Shown: one piece after another, positions 1 through 12,515 of the stretch
How positions within the stretch are numbered: the first letter of the stretch is position 1
Layout: every line of letters begins with the position of its first letter
DNA from: Octopus vulgaris
Lineage: Eukaryota
Reading direction: 5' to 3'
Assembly: GCA_951406725.2 (NCBI GenBank)
Contig: OX597819.1
Span: 20,584,001 to 20,648,000 of the forward strand
DNA: 64,000 bases
Made by a program: the position numbers and the translations under genes
The notes under the pieces: model-generated
What the model was told of the DNA's origin: nothing
What the model saw: only the letters and a program-made list of their open reading frames with translations
Database searches by the model: none

Positions 1-107
1 ACATGAAATAAATGACTTACTGAAGAATACAACGTATCGCCGGGAATTGAACTCACGCACTCATAAACGTGAGTCGAATGCCCTAACCACTAAGCCACGC
101 GCCTTCA
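1..107 (-). mobile_element. tRNA-derived SINE head (cut by window edge)
   Basis: Reverse complement reads GGCGCGTGGCTTAGTGGTTAGGGC (A box) ... GAGTTCAATTCCCGG (B box); resembles the head of the SINE at 34657. Confidence 0.75.
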
Positions 108-199
108 TGATATATGATGTAACCCAACGATGCTATATACTTTCAACTATCTTCTCTTCAGGAAAATTCGTTTAAGATTCTGATGTCACCATATTAATA

Positions 200-620
200 T
201 ATGTTCTGGTAAACTAGTAAGTGCATTGTTTCTTGCATTTAATATTTAATGCGAGATAAGTAGGAATTGTGACGTTTGTAGACAGAGATGTCGTTGATGG
301 TTAGCGTCCAGATATTTTTCTTACCAAATCCTAATCGAGGATATTTGGACGGATGAACAAAATGTAGAAAGTTGCAACGATTCCAGTAATGACGATTAAA
401 TGATGTGTCTTGTGTTGAACCTATGAAGGAAGTGTGAAAATATGTTGCTTACAGTTTAGGGTGTTTGTACGCCCGATGGGAAGGTTGTGGTTTAGAGTTT
501 TGGACTGTACAGTGCGTTATCTCTTTGAGAAAAATACTTTATTTAATAGTGTTACATTCCATGTAGCCGCCAGACGTAAAGTTGAGACGGGTTAGCGTCC
601 CATCTAGAAGGGCTGTTTTG
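200..620 (-). mobile_element. Highly degenerate Penelope-like RT fragment
   Basis: Minus-strand peptides LYSPKL*TTTFP (cf. LYGLPKIHK) and TTSLSTNVTI (cf. DVTSLFTNVP) in the expected order. Confidence 0.3.
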
Positions 621-739
621 ATCACGAACATTTATTATGCCGGGGAAACCATCAAAATCGTCATTGGTGTTGTAGTGGTTGATGGTGATGTGATATAAGA
701 GAAAACCTGAATTGGAAATTTAGAATCAGTGGGCGGAGG

Positions 740-1415
740 GGGGGAATTACAACCATGTTTCGCGGTCTGCTACCACAACAGTTCCTTTATAGGATACATT
801 TAGCTCAAGACATCATCAGGAGGAACCACGTCCAGTTTCGGCCCCTACTCCTCTACCGTTCTGACGTGGCGGGACCCCCCTTTCGGAGGTGTATTCAGCT
901 CTGGTGTTGGGTGCATATCTTCTTTCTTTTGTTCCCTGGCCTCTTCAGTGTAAAGTTAGCGAGTGTCAGCGGGCAACTGACTGTCTTGTCAATGTTTTCT
1001 CTTTCAATACCTGCTGCTAGGCTCCAGCAGGCAGCCCCAGTAAGTTGTCACGTGACACTGTCTCAACTTTAACTGACCAATGAAGGCGAGTAGCTTTAGC
1101 CCACGCAATCTCTAAACGACCATCACCTGTCCATCAGCGAAGCTAATTCAGTGTCAGCTTGTCTCACCTAGCGATGTTAATTCCCCCCGGCATGTTATGA
1201 CTTTCAAGATATATATAGAAGCTGGCTTTTTCGACCGCCTCCTGCACTCTCATTAGTTTTCTCTGCTCTGAGCCAGAAAAAACAAATCTTCTTTTGAATA
1301 GCGTTTTCATTTTTCTTTCAATGAGGCTTCTAGCCCCCACTGTCAGGTGGTAATACTCGACATTCCATCCCTGTTATCTGCACTCTTCGATTAGTTTACC
1401 GTACCTCATCTTAGC
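740..1415 (-). mobile_element. HERO-clade (R2 group, REL endonuclease) non-LTR retrotransposon, 3' fragment plus probable 3' UTR
   Basis: 1412->1200 translates KMRYGKLIEECR*QGWNVEYYHLTVGARSLIERKMKTLFKRRFVFSGSEQRKLMRVQEAVEKASFYIYL, matching the HERO C-terminal pattern K..Y..L...CR..GW......VG.RG...EA.EKAS.W.W; UTR extent inferred from composition. Confidence 0.7.
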
Positions 1416-1559
1416 TAGAGGAAAGTGACGAACATATTAATTGTCTTAGAAGAGGCGAGGAAAATTTTACAGCTCATATGATGGAGAAATATTTTATAGA
1501 TTTGTCGAGTGAGACTGCCAGTCGTCTGAAAGATATCACTGTAATACAATTCTTTTATA

Positions 1560-1690
1560 TGTTTTAGTCCTTAAACTTCGGCCATGCTAAAGCACCACCT
1601 GGAGGAGTCCACTCGAATAAATCTAACCCAATACGTCTGGTACTTATTCAATTTAACGAATAGCTATATGGCGGGGACATGAACAAGATT
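1560..1690 (-). mobile_element. Degenerate 3' part of the CORE-type SINE family
   Basis: Reverse complement GGTGGTGCTTTAGCATGGCCG matches the tail of the 43022 SINE. Confidence 0.55.
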
Positions 1691-1798
1691 TCACCTCTTG
1701 CAGACAAACGCAAGTATACATGCAAATATACTTACGCGCACAAGCACACTCACACACACACACATACACACAAACATAAATGATGATAATACTAATAC

Positions 1799-1831
<33 letters not shown>

Positions 1832-1884
1832 TAATAATAATGACGTTGATGATGATGATAATATGACAACTAAAGAATGAATGA

Positions 1885-2108
1885 GACCTCGATATTATGT
1901 AAAATAGAGGAATTCATCTATAAATATGATATGTAACAATTAGTTGGTTATCATTAAAAAAAACTCAGAGTTTCGGATACCGGGACTGAAATCTGCTCCG
2001 GCATCTCATCATTTATTAAGACTGATAAGATGCCGGAGCAGACTTCACCACCGGCATCCGAAACTCTGATTTTTTTTATGATAACCAACTAATTGTCACA
2101 TATCATAT
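1885..2108. mobile_element. Penelope-terminus foldback element with a hammerhead-like motif in each arm (family A)
   Basis: Imperfect inverted arms 1924-2011 and 2023-2108; plus arm CTGATAA-GATGCCGG...CCGGCATC-C-GAAA-CTC; 1885-2010 is homologous to the Penelope 3' end at 18900-19030. Confidence 0.75.
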
Positions 2109-2839
2109 ATATATATATATATAAGATTGGCTTCCTCACATTTTTCGTCGACCGAATTCCCTCACAAATACTACTACAGCAACAGACAGACATTAGTTAC
2201 TTCTGTTCTTCGTATTTCACATTTTAAATTAATTCTTCTTTTCTTCTTTTATTTCTATAGTTTACAGAAAATTATTTTTGGCAAGTCTGGCCGCGAGTAG
2301 GCAGCAAAAATCTATAATAATTATTTTAGTATATTCCTCGTTGAACTTGTCAATCTCTACTCACATATATTTTACTGCATGGTATCTTAATCGAGTTATA
2401 ATCTTCATAACCCTTGATTACCCCAAACCCCAAACACATTTGTTGACGATAGATCTTCAAAATCCTTGTCTCGAATTGTCTGACCTCGTAGTTATTATCT
2501 ACAAATATTTTATTCTATTGAATGTAGAACAATGGAAAACAGGAAAACAATCCTTGGTAACGAATATACGTGTATGTATGTTATTAGCAAAAATTTTAAA
2601 GTATTTTCTTTTGTTGGCAGTTGTATGCCATAAGAGGGTATTGTGTAAGTTTAAGTGAACTAACGATGTCCAACACGGGGCGACAAGATTAAATGTCATG
2701 AACGATACATTAAAGATTTCCGTAATGTGTGCAAAGACATCAATAACCTTGTCAAATACCACTCAAATAACATTCAACGCCAACAATAAAGGAACTCGTG
2801 TTTACCACATATTTTCCTAATCAATAACATTCTGACACT

Positions 2840-3200
2840 TACATAGGTACATATGTATATACATACATATATGTATGTGTGTATATCTATATATATGCAT
2901 GTATTTATATATATATATATATATGTATGAATGTATATACATATACAAACACACACGTATACACATATATGTACATAGATGAATATATATGTATGTGCAT
3001 ATATATATATAAATATATACAGATGGATAGATATATAGGTACACTTATATACATACATAAGTTCACATTCACATATATGTATGGATAAATATATATATAT
3101 ATATATATATATACAAATATATATACCCACATATATATATACATACAATATATAAATATGCATATACAATATATTTATATATATATATATATATACTCTC
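2840..3200. repeat. Compound (TA)n/(TACA)n microsatellite
   Basis: Directly visible; source of the YIYI ORFs. Confidence 0.95.
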
Positions 3201-3681
3201 ATAAAATACTTTGAATTCACTCCAAAATAATGGAAAAAAAACCAAATTATAACAGATTTCGTAATGTGTTATTAAATAGAAGAGACAAACATATATACAG
3301 ATACTTGTGTAGACGTATATCTACACAGAAAGTCCATGGCAGAAGGGAGTGAAAGTGTGAGGAAGACCAAGAGAGAGAGAGGAAGGGGGACAAGGAGAAA
3401 GGAAGAGGAGGGAGGGAAGGACACACGGAGAGAGAGACTCATGTTTATGCGAAACGAAATAAACATAGTTGCCACCAAATATGAACGTAATAGATATTAA
3501 CCTCAACCTACAAAAATAGCAGTCTAATTTGAATTACACTCACAGATACATAAAAACACACATACACACACAAACACACATGCAGATGCATACATTTATT
3601 CCTATATCTATCCATATAATCTATCTATAAATCTATCTACCTATCTATCTATCTATATATATATATATATAATTAATCAAT

Positions 3682-3723
3682 ATAGGGTGGCAAAAAATTT
3701 CGCAGAATTTTTTGCCACCCTAT
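3682..3723. repeat. Perfect 18-bp hairpin, probably a Tc1/mariner TIR-only remnant
   Basis: ATAGGGTGGCAAAAAATT-tcgcag-AATTTTTTGCCACCCTAT; arms resemble TA-(C/T)AGGGTG Tc1-type termini. Confidence 0.6.
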
Positions 3724-3729
3724 TTTTTG

Positions 3730-3802
<73 letters not shown>

Positions 3803-4490
3803 GCAGACAGACAGATTGATTATATATACGTAAATATAAGCGTGTTTATGTGTGTGTGTGTGCATGAGTATATATAAATATGAATATATATACATATATG
3901 TGCATTACATATCCATACGACACCGTCTATGTCCTTCCAACTAATTTGCAGAACAAAATTGATGGATTTCTTACTGTAACTTTGGATTACGTTACCTGCA
4001 AATTTCTGCGGAGTATGTCATCTCTGTAAGTTTGAGTGTATGAGTGTGTACATATATATCAGGCATTCGTCGCGACAAGACGTACTTTTCATAGCTCCGG
4101 TCAGTAGCCAAAGAAGCATATTTCAACTCAAGCCAGCAGAAACTCTCCTTGTTTTTAGCCCCAGAAATTTTGAATTCTACAATTCTACTATTCTACTCTT
4201 TTACTACCATCGGAGGATAAATTTATACAAATCTGTATACAACCTGGAGAAAGAAATATAAACCAAAACTAAGCCCAAGACTAGTTCTAAAAGTAGTCCC
4301 GTGAGTAAAATTATTTTTCTTGATCTGTATTGAACACACCGCTCATCCTGATTTGTAATAAATACACTGAACTCTCCCGCACACAAGCCACGCATTTCCG
4401 AATATATCGACACAAATTTTCAACGGTGTATTCACTATTTTACATCAAGCCATCAATAACTGACGTACAGTGTATAATACTGTCCCACTG

Positions 4491-5696
4491 AATATGGCCA
4501 ATAATATTCAAAAACGCTACAGGGTTGAAAATGAAATTACTGCACTGGTAAACGCTTGGTACACCCACCACAACGAAGCTAATGTTTACAGTAAAATAGC
4601 TGAAAACTTAGCAAAACAATCCTTTCACAGATCTGTAAAACAGATCGAAAATTAAAAAAAAGAGATTATAAGAATATTTACTATTTTCCACACGCAAATG
4701 GCAACACTAGAAGCCATCCTTATCAATGAATGTAGTGCACCAAATGGCCCAACTCCAACAGGTCAGGGGTCACTTCAACGACCCGATGACCAGCAACAAA
4801 CATCTGACCTAATTCCGCCATTTCCACCCAACATTACCCTGGCAAGCCAGAATTCACTATCACAAAAACATCTACAGCCTGCTTCTACTACTACATTGGA
4901 ACCAGAATCTGATCCGATTCCACACAACCCTACTGTTGCAAGTCAAGTTTCACTGCTGCTACAGCAACAACAACAACAACAACAACACCACTCTGCTACT
5001 GCTACTACAGCCAGAATAGAAAAATCACTACTACACCCACATAAAACACCCTGCCGTTAAAATTCTCAAGGCACCAACAACAATAGACGCTGGGCTTTTT
5101 TCCATCCTACCTTATGTCGTAGACTTGTTAAGGACACCTCTCCATATGGTATAACTGGAAAAAACTGCCGTCACCTCCACCCCAAATACTGTCCTAAATA
5201 CAGAGTCCATGGTCCTGATCCCAATTATGGATGCACAAAAGGCAATGGATGCACCTTCTTCCATCCTAAACTGTGCCAAACTTCTGTGTCACTAAGGATG
5301 TGCCTGAACCCAGAATGCAACCACCACCATCTGAAGGGTACAAAACGATCGCAAAATAAATATAAACAGCAACAGAGGAAATCTACGACAACAACAAGAA
5401 CAAAATACAACCACGTTTCCCCTCCTACAATCAAACAACGTAGACAGAACTATGAAAAAACCATAACACCAAATAACACCAACATGAAATATGTATCCTC
5501 TGATCAAGTGGCAAACCAAAGAGGTAACTCTTTTTTACTGACTTACCTAGAAAATATGAAGGCCGACCTGATCCAGGAGATCCAACGAGCTATCAGCAAC
5601 CACCTATGCAAATCACAAGGACCACACACCCACAACCAACAAGAAAATCATACACACACAGCTCCATACAAGAACTACCCACATTGTTACCACTGA
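4491..5696 (+). pseudogene. LINE ORF1 with four tandem CCCH-like zinc fingers (broken)
   Basis: PCR*NSQG...FFHPTLCRRLVKDTSPYGITGKNCRHLHPKYCPKYRVHGPDPNYGCTKGNGCTFFHPKLCQTSVSLRMCLNPECNHHH. Confidence 0.75.
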
Positions 5697-8608
5697 ACAA
5701 CATAATACATAACTTAGAACAATGCAAACATCAAAATTCCCTTACCTTGACATTCCTGTTAAATGTACGTGGAATCAACCCATCAATTATTGCCCAAAAA
5801 TGGAGGATCCCATATATAGAGAGTCGGCTTGCCGAAACGGCACATTGCTTCCCTTTCTTTATCCTTACCGAGACTCATTTGAAGAACATCCATATGGACG
5901 CCGAGGTGAAAATAAAAGATTTCACCGTTGTTCGTGCGGATCGCACAGACCGAAATAAGAGAGGGACAGCCATCTTTATCCATGACTCCTTTTCACTTGA
6001 TGCCAAGGACATATTTTCCAATGGCTACTGTGAATCGGTATCACTATTCAGCAAGGCCAAGGACATAAACATTCTTGGTCTTTACAGGCCTCCCCAAGCA
6101 CCTCTAAAGTGCTTTGAACAGTGCCTTAGCAAAGTCAAGTCCTTCCTTCGGAAGTACCACTCCGGAAACATACTAGTGATGGGTGATTTTAACCTCCCTC
6201 AAGTGAACTGGCCCACAAATACTCTGAAGTTAGGCACATGCTCCACATCAGATAGAGCAGCAGCAGAACTGCTCTTTAATCTAATGGATGAATACTTCCT
6301 GACTCAGCTAGTGCTCGAACCAACGAGACAGAATAAAACGATCTTGGATCTGGTATTGACCAATCACTCTAGCTTCGTTCACAGTATTTCAGTTGAAAAA
6401 ACTCTCCTCTCAGACCACGACATGGTACTCTGCAATTTTAATTACCGACATATAAAAACCAAACCAGCCAATCCCACTCCATGGCACTCATTTGACAACA
6501 TAAACTTCCACAAAGCGGACTGGGGAGCAATCAGAAAGGATCTGTCTTTCATCGACTGGTCTTTTACTCTCAATTCTACCCATATTGAGACCGCATGGCA
6601 GCACTTTGAAAACATTGTCACCTATACATGCTCTAAACACGCTCCCACGAAATCTACTAACGCAAACAGAAGCCGGCTCCCTAAAAAGAAAAAAAAACAC
6701 TCATCAAGCGCATCAAAAGACTCAACAAAAAAATCAACCAATTCAAATATTCCCACACACAACATCCACATTCAACAACAATGAAAAGGCTAGAGCTGGA
6801 AAAACTTCATCTGCAGACCGACATGAAAACCTCCATTGAAAATCAAAGAGCTGTGGAGGAACAGTGGGTAATCAAAAACATCAAACAGAACCCAAAATAG
6901 TTCTATTCTTATGCAAATAAGCATAGAACCACTGTCTCACCCATTGGGCCACTGATTGATGATAACGGCATTCCCCAACACGATACTAAAGAAATGGAAG
7001 AAATACTGCAGAAACAATACTGCTCTGTCTTTATTGTTCCCACTGATATTGACGTAAGAGAAGCGAACGATGTTGACTCCCAACATAACATCTCAGACAT
7101 AACCTTCACTGCCACTGACATCGTAGCAGCAATAAATGAGGTCAAATACTACTCTGTTGTAGGCCCTGATAGATTCCCCGCTAGTCTCCTGAAGGAATGT
7201 AGACACCAATTTGCAGTCCCTCTGACCAACCTCTGGATGAATTCGTTAGAGGCAGGTTATATACCGAAACAGTTTCTATCCCAGTCAGTCATACCGGTTT
7301 TCAAACAGGGAAACAGATCCCTCGCAGTCAAATATTGCCCAATCTCACTCACCTCCCACATCATTAAAGTGTTTTGAAAGAGTGTTAAGATCAAGGATAG
7401 CTGTCTTCCTGGAGACCCACAACTCCTAAATGCAAATCAGCATGGCTTTCGCTGTGGCAGGGATTGTCTAACACAACTCTTACACCACATTGAAGATGTA
7501 CTCAAAGCTTTGGGAACAGATTCGAACTCTGATGTCATATATCTTGACCTCAGTAAAGCGTTCGACAAGGTAGACCATAATATCCTACTCTGAAAATTGG
7601 CAAATGTTGGAATCCGTGGAAAAGTTCTACACTGGATTAAGTATTTCCTGGCGAATAGAACACAACATGTTGTAGTTGATGGAGTCCACCCAAGCCCAGC
7701 AAAAGTCACCAGCGGTGTCCCCAAGGGAACTGTCTTGGGTCCGCTACTCTTCATAATTTACATAAACGACCTTTCCAGTGTCGTACATTACTGCAAAGTG
7801 AAAATATTTGCTGATGACACTAAGCTCCAGCAAATCGTCAATGAAGAAGCAAACCGAACTCAACTTCAGTCTGATCTATATGCTGTGAGTCAATGGGCAG
7901 ACAGATACAAAATTCAACAATATCAATAGACCTAACAATATCAATAGACCTAACAATATCAGAGACCTGGGTGTAATTTTTGATGACGATCTCAGTTGGA
8001 GTGCACACATCAAGAAGGTCAATATAGCTCGCAGGATGAGTTCCTGGATCTTAAGAACTTTCCGGTCCAGAGAACAAGGTGTCATCATACCACTTTTCTC
8101 CTCCTTTGTACGGCCACACCTCGAATACTGCTGCCCACTGTGGTCTCCCCATAGAAGACACAACATCTCAAGAATTGAATCACCTCAGAGGGCACTCAGT
8201 AAATGAGTTCAGGGCATGGCTGCTCTCGATTATTGGGATCGCCTTACAGCCTTGAAACTCTACTCTCTCCAGCGTCGCCGTGAGCGGTACATCATTTGTA
8301 CGATGTGGAGAATATTCCGCCAACTTTGCCCAAACGACCTGAACATTAGCTTCAAGGTTCATTCAAGACTGGGACCACGGGCCATATGTCCCCTGCCCAA
8401 TTCAAGGTCACAACATACAGGTACACTGCAATATAATTTCTTTTCCTCAACAGGCCCTGCCCTACTTAACATTGCCCCGAAAGAGATCAAAGTGAAACAG
8501 GATCCCATCAACTTTAAACGGAGTCTGGATAGATTCCTTCAAAGAATACCAGATAAGCCAGCCATAATTGGATACAACTCACCCAACAAAAACTCACTAC
8601 TTGAATAG
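5606..8608 (+). pseudogene. LINE ORF2, endonuclease/reverse transcriptase (fragmented)
   Basis: ORF pieces 5606-6784, 6994-7377, 7597-7929 and 8216-8608 carry consecutive EN/RT motifs. Confidence 0.92.
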
Positions 8609-8712
8609 ACCATAAACAAAACTTGACTTAAACAGGATTCGAATAATCCTATCAGGTGGTGCTATTAAGTTAGACATGGCCTGGACCAATCTTTGGTCGA
8701 AACATATCTAAG

Positions 8713-8752
<40 letters not shown>

Positions 8753-8794
<42 letters not shown>

Positions 8795-8835
8795 AATACA
8801 TATCTATATATATATATGCAAATATATATAAATGC

Positions 8836-8920
<85 letters not shown>

Positions 8921-8953
8921 TATATGTACGTATATATATATATATACATATAA

Positions 8954-8998
<45 letters not shown>

Positions 8999-9027
8999 TA
9001 TCTATATATATCTATATATATACATAC

Positions 9028-9060
<33 letters not shown>

Positions 9061-9190
9061 CAATATATATACATACATATATATCTATATATATCTATAT
9101 ATATATACATATATATATATATACATATACATATATATACATATATATATACATACATATATATCTATATATATCTATATATATACATAC

Positions 9191-9223
<33 letters not shown>

Positions 9224-9469
9224 CATATATATATACATATATATATATCTATATATATTTATGCATATATTTATATATATATACATATATATATATACAT
9301 ATATATATATCTATATATATTTATGCATATATTTATATATATATACAATATATATATATATACATACATATATATATATATATATATACATACATACATA
9401 TATATATACATATATATATATACATATATATATATTTATACATATATACATATATACATACATATATAC

Positions 9470-9505
<36 letters not shown>
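8753..9505. repeat. Long compound (TA)n array with internal higher-order repeats
   Basis: Directly visible; recurring ATATCTATATATATCTATATATA..CATA blocks. Confidence 0.95.
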
Positions 9506-9889
9506 CTTTTATTAATCTTTTAATACTGTTGATATATATTTAAAATAATATAAATTAATTAATTTTATGTTTTGGCTTATATTTTTCATTGTTTGATTTG
9601 CCTAATAGTTGTTTTATCTCTAATTTAATATAATATATATATATATATATATATATAAATGCATATATGCATACATATATATATATGTTGGCTGCCCCCT
9701 CGTTATCGAGTATGGTAATTGCACGAAGCTTAATCAGTGTTGTTATCGTGCAATGCCTGTGCAAAAAAAATTTAAACTGAGGAAAGGCTGTGCACTGAGT
9801 CAATCCCACTCACTAAGAAACAGCAGCCATAATCCGAAAAGAAGAACAAGTCAACATCATCGCTAACCACTGAGCCGCAGGTTTTATGT

Positions 9890-10235
9890 CGGAGTTATCT
9901 CAGTTACCTGAGTTACCTTCTCCTAGAAGGATGCCCTAACAAAATCTAGGAATCCTTCACTCCCAATGTTTTAACCGCGTGATCGGGTATTCAGTCCGAT
10001 TATTTCTATGTCCCCGCGCATGGTACATCCTTAAATCATTTATTGGATTGCCGTTGACTCTCAAGGGTTCCTCCGCTCGAAGACGGGTTTTGTTTTTCAT
10101 CCCTCAGGGTGTCCAATAAACACCCTCCTCACCAAGCAAGCTTAGTGGGGTTGCCGGTTTAGTCGCCGACGACCTGACCATGCAACAGATTGTACTGGGT
10201 TACATGTTACCAGTAGCACTCGAAATGACATGACA
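9890..10235 (-). mobile_element. Probable RTE-clade LINE 5' UTR fragment
   Basis: Reverse complement contains GGGCATCCTTCTAGGAGAAGGTAACTC, similar to the CTAGGAGAAGG..AACTC motif of RTE 5' UTRs; GC-richer than flanks. Confidence 0.45.
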
Positions 10236-10239
10236 TAAC

Positions 10240-10356
10240 CCACTTTGGTCGGCCCGAGGCTATAGTAGAAGACACTCGTCCAAGGTACCACGTCGTCGGA
10301 CTGAACCCGGAATCATGTGGTTGGTAAGCAAGCAATTACCACACAGCCACACCTAG
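10240..10356 (-). mobile_element. CORE-type SINE 5' portion
   Basis: Reverse complement GGTGTGGCTGTGTGGTAA...GGGTTCAGTCC...CCTTGGACGAGTGTCTTCTACTATAGCCTCGGGCCG. Confidence 0.85.
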
Positions 10357-10436
10357 GCCTATTAATAAATTAATAAAATATATTTTAACTATTTTAAAAT
10401 TCGGTCTGTCTGTCTGTCTGTCACTCTCTCTGTTAC

Positions 10437-10526
<90 letters not shown>

Positions 10527-10968
10527 TGTATTCTACACAGATGACCAAAATATGTCTTTGGAGTTGTAGTACGGACGCAAAATTTGATGTTTCATTCCTA
10601 AGAAGCAATCAGTTCCATTAGTTTCCTCAGTAGCCTTTAAACCAAGGCAGAATATTTTGCATCGGATTTTTGTTAGAGTCTATCTAAATATTTCAGAGAC
10701 GGAATCAAGAATGTTCTAGTCAGCAGAGTGCATATTTGTTTTCCAATGATATTTAAAATTTGCTGCCTCGCAGCTAAACACAATTAGTAGAATATTATTA
10801 ATTTAGAGCAAGTTAGTTTAATGTAACTACGTAGATAGATATTTATGAGCAACTTGAGACACACAAAGCACCGAAACAGACTTGTGTACGTTTCACTAAA
10901 ATTCTATGTATCACAAACGAAATACTCTAACAAAATATAATAATGCAAGATATGATCATTATCAGAAA

Positions 10969-12020
10969 CTAGCATTATGACCCGTCGTTGCCGGGTCATA
11001 GTGCTAGTGCATGTATATATGTGTGTATATATATGTGTACACATTACATGTACATCTACTGTATATATATACATCTACACATAAAATACAAAATACAAAG
11101 TTATATCGTGATATCGCTAGTGATAACAATAATCAAAATATATAACAGACTGGAATTCTAAGCCCGTCTCTTGCAATTTCGATCAATTGTATCTTTTCCT
11201 CCCTCTTGTATACAAGTGTGGCTACAATCCAGCCTACTTCTATTGCTATTGGGGGGGGGGGGGCAATTAAAATTTTTATCCGGCACGTCCTACGTCCCAG
11301 ATATAAAGGTAAAAATAAAATATTTCCACTTTGCAAGTTCGAGTCGAGTACTCCCTTGCATACTCCGTTGACTCGAATCTTGCTTCAATTGTGGCGAATT
11401 TACCGCCTCTGGTTAGGTATCTTTCATAGTCGCACCAAGACACTTTTCGAAGGTGCTTTCCTCCAGGTGTTCAAATTTTTTTCTCTACATTGTATACTTT
11501 ATTGACAATAGTCTTTTCTTTAACTTAATTTTTTATTATCGAGCTGGACTATTCCATTTTCTGCACGCTAATTTTATTCTTAATTTATTCCCATTCATGT
11601 GAAACCACTTATTCAACTTCAAATCATTGATGCAATTTTATACCAATTGCTATATTTACTTTTGTTATGTTACGATTATATTATACTTTAGTTAGATTTT
11701 AATTATTACTTACTACATATAATTCAATTGTTATTATTATTTTTTATTGTTAAAGTGAAAGTATCTGACATAAAATAGAGAAATGTGTTTTTTTCACATT
11801 CAACAAATAATACTGAAATAGTGGAGAAGATATGATATTGCTATGGGCTCGCACTAGGCAAGAAGTTGAACATTTTTTGTGCCCATGAAACTACATGGAC
11901 ACTAAGTAAGACATGTGTAAAATTTGAATGAAATTGGTTGTGTAGTCCTCAAGTTTTAGGGAAACACACAGACAGACAGACAGACATACACACATTCTCA
12001 ATTTTATTTATATACAGAGA
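10969..12020 (-). mobile_element. Non-autonomous Helitron
   Basis: Minus strand starts A|TCTCTGTATATAAATAAAA...GTCTGTCTG and ends with hairpin TATGACCCGgcaacgaCGGGTCATA then CTAG|T; no TSD. Confidence 0.8.
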
Positions 12021-12039
12021 TGAAAGGAAATTATTACCG

Positions 12040-12197
12040 TATGTGACTGTGTAGTAAGTAGCTTGCTTAGCAACCACATGGTTCCCGGTTCAGTCCATCT
12101 TCGTGGCATCTTGGGCAACTGTCTTCCACTATAGCCTCGGGCCGACCAAAGCCATCTGAGCGGATTTGGTAGACGCAAACTGAAAGAAGCCCGTCGA

Positions 12198-12290
<93 letters not shown>

Positions 12291-12515
12291 TTTTTTTGTG
12301 TGCCTGTGTTTGTCCCCCAATCATCGCTTGACAAACAAAGCTGGTGTGTTTACGTCCTCGTAAATTTGCGGTTCAGCAAAAGACACCGAAAAAATAAGTA
12401 CAAGCTTGCAAAAAAATAAGTCCGGGGGTTCATGTGCTCGACTAAAGGTGGTGCTCCAGCATGTCCGCAGTCACATGACTGTAGGAATTAAATGAATTAA
12501 AAGAAAGAAAAGAAT
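12040..12515 (+). mobile_element. Full-length CORE-type tRNA SINE with expanded internal (TA)n(TG)n
   Basis: Head, CTTGGGCAACTGTCTT core, GGTGGTGCTCCAGCATG tail and AAAGA end; colinear with 43022-43416. Confidence 0.88.

Larger units (their letters stand above)
4061..8752 (+). mobile_element. Near full-length CR1-group LINE (ORF1 with CCCH fingers, ORF2 APE endonuclease + RT), disrupted
   Basis: APE motifs NVRGI, LTETHL, YRPP, MGDFNLP, LDLVLTN, SDH; RT motifs YLDLSKAFDKVDH, SGVPKGTVLGPLLFIIYINDL, FADD; RPHLEYC; ends in a (TATC)n tail; several stops and frameshifts; 5' boundary from composition. Confidence 0.93.

Noticed and set aside
755-1072. 105-aa plus-strand ORF
   Set aside because: No recognisable motif; lies antisense in the probable HERO 3' UTR
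2261-2658. Splice-acceptor-like site and 126-aa ORF
   Set aside because: No recognisable homology and no supporting neighbouring exons
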